Of a stretch of 64,000 bases of DNA, positions 12,633-26,130 are shown one piece after another (position 1 is the first letter of the stretch; the number at the start of each line of letters is the position of its first letter). The notes beneath the pieces are model-generated. The model ran no database searches. It was not told the origin of the DNA and saw only the letters and a list, made by a program, of their open reading frames with translations. The stretch is from Octopus sinensis (Eukaryota): contig NC_043003.1 of NCBI RefSeq assembly GCF_006345805.1, forward strand, positions 88,288,001-88,352,000. Direction: 5' to 3'. A program made the position numbers and the translations under genes.

Positions 12633-13915
12633 TAACGGGAAGCTTTATGAAAATAAACAAAACGAAGGCAGGTGGAAAACAACGAACAATTGTATTAGTA
12701 TGGCGCTCAGGAAATATAAATAAAACAAGTCTTTAACGTTTCGAGCCTACGCTCTTCAACAGAAAGATACACAGAGAGAGAAAAACACAGAAAGAAGGAG
12801 AGAAAAAAAATGCGTGCAGTAGCTAACGAATCAACATGGCGATCTGATTTCGGCCAGAGGTCAAAGATCAAACATGAGACGCGAGAGCGAAATAAGGGGA
12901 GATAATAGGGTTGATAAATGGGTTGAGGGACCAGCTAAAAGTGCGTGGGAGGGGTCTGGATGTGTGTATGTATAGGGTTGGTGTATGTATTAGTATGTAT
13001 AAGGGTGTGTGTGTGTGTGTGTGTGTATGAGAGAGTATTAGTGCGTAGGATTGGTCTGGACGTGCGTATGTATGGGGTGGTGTATGTATTAGTATGTATT
13101 AGTAGTATTAGTACGTATTGGTATGTATAGGTGTGTGGTGTGGTGAGAGAGTATAAGTGCGTATGCGGGGTCTGGACGTGTGTATGTATAGGGTTGGTGT
13201 AAGTATTAGTATGTACTAGTATGTATTAGTACGTATTAGTATGTATTAGTTGGTGTGTGTATTAGTATGGCACATCATATGTGATGTGATGTGTAAAGTC
13301 ATGTGGTGTAGTGAGGAGAAGAGGGGAGGGGGAGAAGGGGAGGGGAAGAAGAGGGGGAGGAGAAGGGGGAAGAGGAGAGGATGGGGGAGAAGGAAGGGAA
13401 AGAGGGAGCAGAGGGAAGGGGAAGAGGGAGGGAGAAAGAGGGAAGAAGGGGAGTAGGGGTGAAAGGATGAAGGACTGAAGAAGTAGGGGTCGGGGGGAGA
13501 AAGGATAGGTGAGGAGGGGGGAGGGGGGTTAGATGAGGAGGGGGGGAGAGTTGAGACCAATGGCGTATAAGAGCGAAGAGAGAAGATTAATTCCTGTTCA
13601 CGGCGCAAACGGGAATCCGGATGGCCTCTGTGTAAGGACAAACGAACACAGATAGGTGTTGCAAGGAGTGACCGGTGGAGCGGAAATGGCGTGAGACCGG
13701 TGTGTCGTTCGCAAGGTGGATGTCACGAAGGTGTTCCGCGAACCGGTCAGCCAAGCGGCGTCCCGTTTGTCCGATGTACAAGGAATTGCAGAGAGAGCAA
13801 GAGATGCAATAGATAATATTGCTGGAGGTGCAGGTGAAGGAGTGGATGATGGGATAGGGTCGATGGTGGGTGCTAGTGAGGCGGGTGGTGTTGGAGAGGT
13901 AAGGGCAAGTGCATT
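12633..13915 (-). mobile_element. 5'-truncated Penelope-like element (Neptune-type GIY-YIG endonuclease plus 3' pLTR)
   Basis: 13555-13913 translates CTCPYL...FTCTSSNIIYCISCSLCNSLYIGQTGRRLADRFAEHLRDI...VSRHF...RLRREQELIFSL (one frameshift). A hammerhead lies near the 3' end. Confidence 0.88.
12730..12767 (-). ncRNA. Minimal type-I hammerhead ribozyme (variant core)
   Basis: TCTTT-CTGTTGA-A-GAGC gtag GCTC-GAAA-CGT-T-AAAGA: stem I 5 bp, stem II 4 bp, palindromic ACGT stem III. Confidence 0.6.
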
Positions 13916-14499
13916 TATATGTGCGTATATGGCCATGTGTACATGCATAAGGGTATGTGCATATATAGACGTGGTTTACTCTTTATATACTCCCTTATGT
14001 TTTTTTTCTGTATTGTTACCCATAACCCTGTTTTTTCTTGTGCTTGAGCATATATAGACATGTGTATGAACCTTTATGCTGCGCATGTGTGTGGGTTTGT
14101 ATGTATATGCATATACATTTGGGGAACGATGCGAGTGAGGATGTGTACGTTTTCAAGTGAGGGTGGATGAATGTATGCACACACACACATGGGTGTGCAG
14201 GTGCACATGTGTAGGTATGAACAAGCGCGCTTACATGAATGCTATGAACCTTTTACCCCCTTACTTAGCGGCCATTCGAATAGTTCTTTCGTCTTAATAA
14301 CGGTCAATCACAGTAAGTTCTCTTTGTATAACGGCTGTTTTTATAGCGTTTTTCCGCCCACCTCGGCATCCAAAACACTGAGTTTTATCATGGCTACCAA
14401 ATAAATGTCACATATAACATTTACAGATAAATTCCTCTATTTACATAATATCGAGGTCTCTTTCTTTCTTTTGTTATCTTACTGTTTTATCAATATATA

Positions 14500-14544
<45 letters not shown>

Positions 14545-14589
14545 TATATGTGTATATATATATAAATATATAGTGATACATAATATATA

Positions 14590-14629
<40 letters not shown>

Positions 14630-14659
14630 TAATATATATATATATATTGAACCAAATTC

Positions 14660-15280
14660 ATTGACTGGCACCCGTGCCAGTGGAGTACTAATGGCTCCAT
14701 CCGAGCAGGACCACTGCCAGAGCTTAAAAGGTGCATGTAAAAAGCACTCTTTGAGCATGATCGTTACCAGTGTTGCCTACTGGCGCTTGTGCCAGTGGCA
14801 CGTGAACAAAACATTCAAGCAAGGTCGTTGCCAGTGCTGCTGGACTGACTCCTGGGCAGGTGGCAAGTAAAGAAACACTGTTTCGACCTTGTGCTTGAGG
14901 AGACCTACTGAGTAAAGTACATCAACATCAAATTGAAAATCAAATGGAAATTGTAGTTGTGATACCTGTGCCAGTGGCACGTAAAAAGCACCACCTGAAC
15001 GTGGCCGATGCCAGCACTGCCTTGATGGGCTTCCATGCCAGTGGCACATACAAAGCACCAACTGATTGTGGCCATTGCCAGCCTCGCCTGGCACCTGTGA
15101 CGGTGGCACATAAAACGCACGCACTTCACTTACGGAGTGGTCAGCGTTAGGTAGGGCATCCAGCTGTAGAAACACTGCCAGATCAGACTGGAGCCTGGTG
15201 CAGCCTCATGGCTTCCCAGACCCCGGTCGAACCGTCCAACAAATGCTAGCATGGAAAACAGATGATAAACGATGATGATG
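14660..15280 (+). mobile_element. (ATG)n-tailed SINE/RTE 3'-end repeat
   Basis: Subrepeat array, family core and gatgatgatg tail. Confidence 0.8.
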
Positions 15281-15289
15281 ATATAAATA

Positions 15290-15314
15290 TATACATTGAT
15301 ATATGAATTATATA

Positions 15315-15346
<32 letters not shown>

Positions 15347-15473
15347 CATATATATATACATATATATATATATACATACATATATATATACATACATATA
15401 TATATACATACATATATATATATACATATATATATATATACATACATATATATATACATACATATATATATAC

Positions 15474-15504
<31 letters not shown>

Positions 15505-15676
15505 CATACATATATATATACATACATATATATATGTATATATATATATATACCTACATATATATATATATATAACTACATATATATGGTATATATATAA
15601 TATACATACGTATATATTATATGTATATATATATATATACATACATATATTATATATACATACATATATATAATAC

Positions 15677-15709
<33 letters not shown>

Positions 15710-16005
15710 TATATACCTACATATATATATATATACCTACATATATATATATATATATATACCACATATATAGATATATATATATATATATATACATACA
15801 TATATGTATATATATATATATACATGCATATATATATACATACATATTATAATTACATCCATATATATATATACATACATATTATTATATATATACATAC
15901 ATATATATATATATACATATTTGTGTATATATATATATATATATACATATTATATATATATATATATACATATATATCATACATATTTGTGTGTATAATA
16001 TATAT
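15290..16005. repeat. (TA)n/(TACA)n microsatellite
   Basis: Visible directly. Confidence 0.95.
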
Positions 16006-16006
16006 A

Positions 16007-16850
16007 CTAGCAGAATTGCCCGGCGTTGCTCGGGGCTGAATTGCTTGAAAGTACTGTTAATGATTGCACTGAATTATGATGATTATTCAGGCAAATATTG
16101 AAATAAGCTTACAGTGGGGAGATAAGGACTTAACGCCAACGTGTGCCATTGCATTGTTTTGGGGGAACCAAATTTCTGATGAGCATTATAGGGGCACTAA
16201 CTTTAAGTTTGAGAAAGTGTGGTGGTAGTCCGGGGTGCTCAAAGGAATTGAGTACCTCTATTGGATAGTTGATGACGTCCTCTGGGTCAGGAGTTGTATC
16301 GATAGACTGATATACATCGACTTCCCCAGGAATGAGTTTTAGCATTTCATCATTAATATGGTGAACAGTTTTATTCCTCGGGGCCAGTATAGCCTTTTTG
16401 CCAATCCAATCCATATTCTGATAATTAGCTTGTAAATCTGGGAACACTGCATCTCTGAGAGATCAGAAGGCGTCTTAACAATGGTACAAATGGAATCGAT
16501 GGCAATATTACCATTTTCATCCCCTGGTATTTTGCCTTCGCCAAGTGCAAGGAGATGTGTGAGGAAATGCTGGTGATGTGATATTACGTCGCATATGAGC
16601 ACGCATATTGGTGTGAAGTTTGAGAGTTACTTCCGTTTATTTTAAAAATATGCATTAAAATGGAAAAAAATGATGGTAAATTATTTGTAAAATCATAGAC
16701 TCATCGTAGAGCGCGCTAATACCCAGAAGGGGCGATATGAATCACGACTATAAGATACCCGGTTTTGGTTAAACTGCATCGCAAAATGTGGGAGTAGTTA
16801 GGAATCTAAATCGGAGTAGACAGACACAACCTTTCTTTTATATATAAATA
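16007..16850 (-). mobile_element. Non-autonomous Helitron with Pif1 helicase fragment
   Basis: 3' end on minus reads CCCGAGCAACGCCGGG hairpin ... CTAG. Internal frames read TNMR...LLALGEGK...AILAPRNKTVHHIN...YPIEVLNSFEHPGLPPHFLKLKVSAPIMLIRNL...CNGTR. The 5' end is TATATAAAAGAAAGG in a TA tract. Confidence 0.9.
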
Positions 16851-17622
16851 CATACATACACAACACATACATACACACACACACATACATACATGCATAC
16901 ATACATATACACATAAACCGAGTAAAAAATTTCAGTTATCTCTCTCTTTCACACACACTAACAGAAGCACTTCACTTACACAACATACTGTCTGTTTCCA
17001 CACTCCATCAAACACACACACACACACACATGTACATCAATGAGTCCCATGCACGGTAACTTCAAAGGAACTTCCCTCGTCATACAATCGCTTTCTCTTA
17101 GTCTCTTTCGCTCTCATTACTTATGTAAAAAAATAAAAGTTTTTTCTATGTGTGTAAATAGGAAGTGGGAGGCAGAGTGAAAGAACCACTCACTACAGTA
17201 AGTGAATTACTTTCATTTTATTCCTTGCCACTGTGTGTGTGCGTTTGCGTGTGGTGTAAACCAGACTAAGAAAAGCATTTGACACACACACCAGAATGTG
17301 AGTTTTCTGTAAATTTTGCTTAATTGGAGTTTAAATTTTAAAAACTGGACCTGGCATGACGTGATGCATTGTACTCTTAAAACTGCTAGGTAAATTGTAA
17401 TTGAAGAAATCCTATATTGTAGATTTGTATAACTCCCAAAGGGAGGCAGATAAAATCTGCCTTTTATAATAAGAGATATACATATTTGTGTGTATATATA
17501 TATGTATATACATATATATACATACATATATATATATACATATATATACGTACATATATATATATACATATATATACATACATATATATATATATATACA
17601 TATATATTTATTATATAGAAGG

Positions 17623-17673
17623 AGCTTCTACAGGACTAGAACTGTTTCATTCAAGAGAAATCTTCAGGAAGCT
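17623..17673 (-). ncRNA. Type-I hammerhead ribozyme (left arm of palindrome)
   Basis: Exact mirror of 19840-19890. Confidence 0.7.
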
Positions 17674-17953
17674 AGTTAACAAGAATTGTATTGGCATTTA
17701 TACATTTAGGCAGGTTTAAAGGGTGTTGGTGGGGGACTTTTTGGGGTAGGCATAGCGCAAAAAATCATACTTGGGGGAGTGGTCAAGGAGTCAGTGTTAA
17801 ATTAGATAGGAGAATAAATAAAAAAATAATAAAAATAAAATAAAAAATAAAAAATAAAAATAAAAAATATAAAATATAAAAAATAAAAATAAAAAATAGA
17901 AATAGAAAATAAAAAAATATAAAAAATAAAAAATAAAAATAAAATAAAAATAA

Positions 17954-18002
<49 letters not shown>

Positions 18003-19512
18003 AAAGGGGGGAATAGAGTTTTAGGTAAATAAGGAGATTCTCACTTATACCTCTACACATACACACATATATATATACAATCACACATACATATACATAT
18101 CTACACATACACATATATATGTATACATACACACACTCACTTGCATACACGTATACACACATGTATATATACACACACGACCACACATACATATACACAC
18201 AGAAAAATATATATATACACATACACACACATCTACTCACATACACGCATACACACACAAATCCATACACACACATGCACACACAGCACACTAGTCCCTA
18301 TATACACATACACACATATATATACACCCACACGTACACATACAAACACATATATATACATACATACACATACATATACACATATATATACATACACATA
18401 TATATATATATACACATATATATACATATGTGTACCCATGCATACCTACACATACACACATATATATATACATATACAAATACAGACCCATTCCCTAATT
18501 TTAATTTTATTATCTTCGTTTATTACTTTTGTTATCTTTGGCCGCTTGGTCACAAACATCTTGGCTATGACAGCCAGACCATTTATCCGGCTACTGGAAA
18601 ACAATTACTCATTCACTCACGCACACTCTTTAGCACGTACACTCACTCATTCGTACACTCATACGCATACACGCACGCACGCGTTATATTCATACATACA
18701 TACATCTACATACATTCACGTATATACACATACGTACGCATGTATAGACTAGCCTTCTAAGAGTGTAGACATGAATCTGTAGGTACGCGTACGTATGTGT
18801 ATATACGTGAATGTATGTAGATGTATGTATGTATGAATATAACGCGTGCGTGCGTGTATGCGTATGAGTGTACGTGCTAAAGAGTGTGCGTGAGTGAATG
18901 AGTAATTGTTTTCCAGTAGCCGGATAAATGGTCTGGCTGTCATAGCCAAGATGTTTGTGACCAAGCGGCCAAAGATAACAAAAGTAATAAACGAAGATAA
19001 TAAAATTAAAATTAGGGAATGGGTCTGTATTTGTATATGTATATATATATGTATGTGTAGGTATGCATGGGTACACATATGTATATATATGTGTATATAT
19101 ATATATATGTGTATGTATATATATGTGTATATGTATGTGTATGTATGTATATATATGTGTATGTATGTGTATGTGTGGGTGTATATATATGTGTGTATGT
19201 GTATATATGTGTATATAGGGACTAGTGTGCTGTGTGTGCATGTGTGTGTATGGATTTGTGTGTGTATGCGTGTATGTGAGTAGATGTGTGTGTATGTGTA
19301 TATATATTTTTCTGTGTGTATATGTATGTGTGGTCGTGTGTGTATATATACATGTGTGTATACGTGTATGCAAGTGAGTGTGTGTATGTATACATATATA
19401 TGTGTATGTGTAGATATGTATATGTATGTGTGATTGTATATATATATGTGTGTATGTGTAGAGGTATAAGTGAGAATCTCCTTATTTACCTAAAACTCTA
19501 TTCCCCCCCTTT

Positions 19513-19555
<43 letters not shown>

Positions 19556-19839
19556 TATTTTTATTTTTTAATTTTTATTTTATATTTTTTTTTTTATATA
19601 TATTTTTTTATATTTTTTTATTTTCTATTTTCTATTTTTTATTTTTTATTTTTTATATTTTATATTTTTTATTTATTATTTATTATTTTTTATTTATTCT
19701 CCTATCTAATTTAACACTGACTCCTTGACCACTCCCCCAAGTATGATTTTTTGCGCTATGCCTACCCCCAAAAAGTCCCCCACCAACACCCCTTTAAACC
19801 TGCCTAAATGTATAAATGCCATTACAATTCTTGTTAACT

Positions 19840-19890
19840 AGCTTCCTGAAGATTTCTCTTGAATGAAACAGTTCTAGTCCTGTAGAAGCT
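19840..19890 (+). ncRNA. Type-I hammerhead ribozyme (right arm of palindrome)
   Basis: AGCTTC-CTGAAGA-tTTC tctt GAAt-GAA-ACAG ttCTAGtc CTGT-A-GAAGCT: stem I 6 bp, intact core, stem III 4 bp, GUA site after 19884. Stem II is weak. Confidence 0.7.
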
Positions 19891-19975
19891 CCTTCTATAT
19901 AATAAATTAATTTTACTCTGCTATGTATTGAGTACCTTATTTACTGTGGTTAACCCCGAATCAACCGGGACCTAC

Positions 19976-20018
<43 letters not shown>

Positions 20019-20036
20019 ATATATATACATATAATA

Positions 20037-20078
<42 letters not shown>

Positions 20079-20154
20079 TTATGGCGGTGCCCCAGCATGG
20101 CCACAGCTCATAAGCTGAAACTAGAATCAATCAATCAATCAATCATATATATAT

Positions 20155-20184
<30 letters not shown>

Positions 20185-20187
<3 letters not shown>

Positions 20188-20562
20188 CGTGCCGGTGACA
20201 CGTAAAAGCACCGTCCGTTCGTGGCCGTTTGCCAGCTCCGTCTGGCCCGTGTCGGTGGCACGTAAAAGCACCATCCGTTCGTGTCCGTTGCCAGCATCGC
20301 CTGGCCCCGTGCCGGTGACACGTAAAAGCACCATCCATTCGTGGCCGTTCGCCAGCTCTGTCTGGCACCTGTGCAGGCGGCACGTAAAAAACACCCACTA
20401 CACTCGCTGAGTGGTTGGCGTTAGGAAGGGCATCCAGCCGTAGAAACACTGCCAGATCTGACTGGGCCTGACGAAGCCTTCCAGCTTCACAGACCCCAGT
20501 TGACCCGTCCAACCCATGCTAGCATGGAAAGCGGACGCTAAATGATGATGATGATGATGATG

Positions 20563-20565
<3 letters not shown>
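20185..20565 (+). mobile_element. (ATG)n-tailed SINE/RTE 3'-end repeat
   Basis: Three ~60-bp subrepeats, family core and (gat)n tail. Confidence 0.85.
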
Positions 20566-20598
<33 letters not shown>

Positions 20599-20604
20599 AA
20601 ATAC

Positions 20605-20639
<35 letters not shown>

Positions 20640-20706
20640 CACATATATATATACACATATATATATATACATATATATACATATATATATATACACATAT
20701 ATATAT

Positions 20707-20749
<43 letters not shown>

Positions 20750-20912
20750 TATATATATATATACAAATTTAGGACTGAACATGAAAAGTGGACAGTCAAC
20801 ATGCTAGATATAGACGTGAAATCACCATAAAAAATATTTTAATCTTCGGATTCTTTTTAATATGCTAGACCACTGGTTTTAATTGACTAATATCAATTTC
20901 TACCCTTAATTA

Positions 20913-20950
<38 letters not shown>

Positions 20951-21160
20951 GTGATGCAGCACGGACTTTGTCAGTGAACAGGTTGCGGATTTTAGCGACG
21001 AAAATATTTTGACAAATTAAACTTAAATGTTGAAGTGAATCGAACGGCTTTTGTGTGTTTCTTAAATGGCTTATAAACACCTTCCACGCTGCAATTGTTT
21101 TCGTTTCAGCACACGATCTCAGATCAAATTACTTGCTATGCGAGTACATCTCCGTAATAT

Positions 21161-21233
<73 letters not shown>

Positions 21234-21639
21234 CACATACATACACATATATATATATATATATACATACAGACATGCATAAATATACATGGCAAGCAGA
21301 AAATGGAGGTAATCCAGAGCTATTATTCATCAGCTGTTAGACATCATATTATTTCTATCTATTTATTCTAAATAGTTCAGATAATATATGAATATATATG
21401 TAAAGTATTAGTAATTTCTAGAACAGAAAAAAGAGAAAAGTAATTTCGTACAACTGTTTGAACTATTAGAATAAATATAAATTAAGAGCAAAACCACTTA
21501 TTACCCTTGCCTAATTATTATACTCTGTAGGGTGATTGCCACGCAATAACCAACACTTGTGTATTAATTAGGCATTCTACCAGCAGTATATTGGATAGAC
21601 GCTATCTCTTGGTTGGATTCACAACCTCTAGCTTATTTT

Positions 21640-22511
21640 CTTTATATAAATATCTATATATATATATATAATATATATATATATAAATAAATAAATATAT
21701 ATATATATATTATATATATATATATATATATATGTATATAAATTAATTAATTAAAACTGTTACATCCCCAAAATCAAGATAGATATTTAGATGTGATGCT
21801 TTTACGTGTGTGTATGAATGAATCCTCGGGCGTATAGGTATGAAGATTTATACATTTTGATATTTACACGTATGCATGCGTGAACGTATGTACGAGTAGA
21901 AGTGTACACACACTCACACACATGTATATATGTATATGTATATATATATGTATATGTATGTGTGTGTGTGCATATATGTGTATGCGTGTGTATGCATGTG
22001 TGTGCGTATGTGTGTGTTTGTATGTATGTGTGTGTATGTATGTACCTGTGTGTGCATATGTGTGTGTGTGTATATGTATATATTTGTGTGTGCATATATA
22101 TATGCATATGTACGTATATGTATATATGTGCATGTGTGTATATATGTTTATTTTTATGTATGAGTATATGGGGGTGTACATATGTGTATAGATATGTGTA
22201 TGTGTAGGTATATACAAGTTTATGCATATGTGTGTGTGTATGTATGGATGTGTACATATATGTGTATGCATATGTATGTGTATATACATGTGTATATATA
22301 TATATGTATGAGTATGCATATGTATGTGTATGTGTATGTATACATATATATTTATATATACGTGTGGGCTTGTAGATTCGGGAATGTATAGGTATATGGA
22401 TATGTACATATGTGTGCATGTATATGTACATATACTTGTATGTATATATGTGTTAGGTATGTATAGGTGTACATGTGTATGTGTATATATGTAAGGGTAT
22501 ATGTATATATG

Positions 22512-22601
<90 letters not shown>

Positions 22602-22744
22602 GTATATGTATGTGTATGTATATATGTATATGTATGTGTATGTATATATGTATATGTATGTGTGTATGTATGTATATATGTATATGTTTGTGCATATATA
22701 TATATATATATGTGTATGTATATGTATGTGGATGTATATCTGCA

Positions 22745-22799
<55 letters not shown>

Positions 22800-22800
22800 A
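21640..22800. repeat. (TA)n/(TG)n/(TATG)n microsatellite field
   Basis: Visible directly. Confidence 0.95.
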
Positions 22801-23591
22801 TTGAGGTTGACATGGTGTATGTAATGATACCTACATTCGTACATATCATTAGTTGCATGAGACAGTTTTATATATGTGAGAGTGGGTAAGTATGTAGACA
22901 CACACGTACATGCATACAAGATATGCTTAAAGCACGTAGCGTCAGATTGCTATAAACTGACCACTCACTACAACAATATCATATTTCACTCTTCTTCCTC
23001 CAATAATTAGAAGTAATTTACACGCTCACCACAGCATCAGAACTTTAACCCATTATCTTTCTATCTTAACCCTTTTGTCTTTAGGATCACTTTGTATACT
23101 TTTGTATCTCTTTATCTCTATTTTATTTTATTTTTGTTTTATTTATTTTTTATTTTTTATTTTTGTTCATTTTACATTTTTACAATACATTTCTAGAATT
23201 TATGACCTTATACCTGTCGTTCTTTATATCTTTATATCTTTTATATTTATATTTATATTTGTTTTGTGATCCCAACATCATTAACGTTTCCTTCTCTTCC
23301 CCTCTATTCTTCTTTTTCCTTTCCTTTCTCTTTTTTCCCAACATCCAATCCCCCTTATTTCCTTCCCTTACAAGAGGAATGAACCCAACCGGAATTTACC
23401 CAGTATTCACTCTATATTGAGTGAGAAAACGGTATGGACGGATTTTTGGAGTCCAATAATACCCTGTACACCTATTTGATTATGAAGATTTTCAAACATA
23501 CTTTCTCAGTGATACTCAGTTTACCTACCATTATAAATAATACCAAATGTTCTTTCATAATGTGATACAAGTATTTGGTGTAGCAATTGCA

Positions 23592-23685
23592 TGCGGCTGA
23601 AGAGGGCTTTAAACTATCTGTTATGTCGATTATACATTGATGTAAGAATAAGTTGTTTTATAAAGCTCGAAACATGTGTACCGCG
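23592..23685 (+). ncRNA. Type-I hammerhead ribozyme with intact core and extended stem II
   Basis: TGCGG-CTGAAGA-GGGCTTTA...(49 nt)...TAAAGCTC-GAA-ACATGTGT-A-CCGCG. All core nucleotides are present, with a GUA site after 23680. Confidence 0.82.
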
Positions 23686-24652
23686 ACATCCTTTGTGTTC
23701 TGTTTTTTATTTCATTTGATACATATATATATAAATATGTATGTATGTAAATATATATATGTAAGCATAAATATAGAAATATATATATTTCATTGATTGA
23801 ATCAACAGGAACATTGATTGTTGTAACTGATAGAAAGCAATTAATCCTGGATAGATAAAGAGCAAAGTTGATCACAGATTTTGAACCCATAACGTAAAGG
23901 AGTAGAATTATATACAGCAGTGTTAAATTTCATCTGTTGCCACTCTGCTGGTTCTACCAAGCCACTATCATTTCAGTTGTAGTTTGTATCTACTGCTGAA
24001 GAAAAGTTGTTTTATTAACCTCAGAAAGAAGGGCAAACCATTGTGCATGGCGCTCTACTGCCTTACAAACTAATGTGTGTAGCATATACACAAATTATAA
24101 CAAGTGTATCTATAGGATTTCTAAATTTCATAAATTTTCTTATTTCTTATTACACTCTATCAATATGTTAAATATGTTTCCATTCTGTACTGTTCAATAA
24201 TTAAGGTTTGTTTAAAAGAGTAACAATGCAATATATTTCTTTACATTATAGATTTTTGATTATGCCTTCATTGTCATCCATAATTTAAAGGCTTTACAAA
24301 GTATAGACACTTAAACACATAAATACTTTGACAGCACTTCTAAAAGAAAGTTCTCTCATTTTTCCTTTTTAGTCTCATACTTCCCTATTTTATCAATTCT
24401 GTGGGATCTTGTTTGAGCAACCCAGGAAGAGAAAGGCAAACTTAACCTTAATAAAAGTCTTAATGGTCAACAACAACCATTACCTTGGAACTTTTACTAT
24501 CCACAAGCTAACATATTTGCTAGTTATTTTGGATAAGTGGGACTATCCATTCACTGTTATCAGAAGATTCAACTTCCAAGCATAAATCTTTTAGCCAGAA
24601 TTTCCAGCCTGCAGAGTGCAGTCAGCCTCATCACAGATGGATACTTCAAAGT

Positions 24653-24693
<41 letters not shown>

Positions 24694-26130
24694 TATAATG
24701 TCAAGAGATATGAGTGGTGAATATAGATTTATTCAACTTCATGACTCCTTTAGAATTGTACTTTCTGTGATAGCTACATGATTCTCGGAATCCCCATCTT
24801 ATACCACATAGTACTCATGTGTGTGAGTGTGCCCACATACTTTTACATACATACATGTAAGTACAAATATAATTTTGTTTAAAGTCATTTTTAAATGAAC
24901 CATGGATTCTAAGAAACAAAATTACTTTAAAAGGCCATTACCCCACCCCTATCACCAATAAAAAACACCATTTAACAATTTGATGCTATTGTTAACCATG
25001 ACACCACAGTGTATAACAGAGCAGAAACACTATAATGATTCAGACATTCTGTAACACGTGAACACATTAAATATATACACTAATGTGTATAATATTTATG
25101 TACTCTATTATGTGTATAACATATATAAACACTACAGTATGTTTAACATATATATACACTATAATGTGTATAACATATATACATACTAATGTGTATAACA
25201 TAAACACACAATTTGTATCAAGAGTTGGTAGAGATTGTATAACAAAGCCAGTAACACATTCTGTAAGATGGCTTAGACAGACATATGCCAACAGAACCAG
25301 TTAGGACTCACATCGTATGTTTTATAACAGGGTTTTCACACTGTACACTGAGTGATGGGGTTTATTTACAGTACCTTGAGGGAAAACAAGATATACAAAC
25401 ATAACTGTGACTTGTAGACAAAAGGCAAAAGGTTAATAAAAGCCTATGTTATTCAGTTGATCAAACTTTAACTAAGTCTGAATATAACTCCCCAATATAT
25501 ATAGCTTAATAATTTGTGATAATATTTCAGTCATCAAATTTTGAAAATGAAAATGTAAAAATAAGAAAAACAAAAAACCAGTAATATTTAGGCAGGAAGC
25601 CCCAGAGTAACACTGGAGGATGGGTAGGATGGTGAGTTTAATGGTTTAATGGGAAATCTGTTTAATGGTGGTGTCATGGTTTTCTCAGTATAAATACCAG
25701 CATTATTGATTTCTTAGAAGAAAAAGATACAAAATATTGAATGCAATATAGGAAAATAAAGAGACTGCATGATGTTCGCGCCTTTCTGGAGAACATTTTG
25801 TGTGATAGTTGAAGAGGATTGACACCAAACTTCAGATCTGGTTTGTTGATATCTTAATAGCAATTTACCTTAAACTAATGAAAAATAAAATTGAAAAAAA
25901 AGTAAAAGAAGTGAAAAGATGAATGTTTGATGATTAGGGATAATATGGAAATTGAGGAGAGGGAATAATTAAAACCATGATTTAAGAGATGCGGGATCAT
26001 TTAAAAACAAACAGCAAAAAATAAAATATAAAATAAAAATGACACCCTTCCCTTGCAAACCCAGAAAAAAAACAAATAAATGGACTAAAAGAATATTTCA
26101 CCCAGTTGATTAACGTGAATCATTACAGAG

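Larger units (their letters stand above)
17606..19907. repeat. 2.3-kb palindrome (two ~1.1-kb inverted arms, ~47-nt spacer), PLE pseudo-LTR-like
   Basis: 17606-18739 is the reverse complement of 18787-19907 apart from microsatellite lengths, a short indel and rare substitutions. Confidence 0.93.

Noticed and set aside
13246-13560. Pro/Ser-rich or Gly/Arg/Glu-rich ORFs (also 42288-42663)
   Set aside because: These are low-complexity purine/pyrimidine tracts from TE 3' UTR or intron.
20135-20512. Recurrent ORFs such as MDGSTGV...LDALPNANH and poly-His or poly-Met peptides
   Set aside because: They are chance frames of the (CAT)n-tailed repeat family and have inconsistent starts and ends between copies.
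24560-24634. C/D box snoRNA (GTGATGA...CTGA, minus strand)
   Set aside because: There is no terminal stem and no recognisable rRNA antisense element. Such box pairs arise easily by chance.
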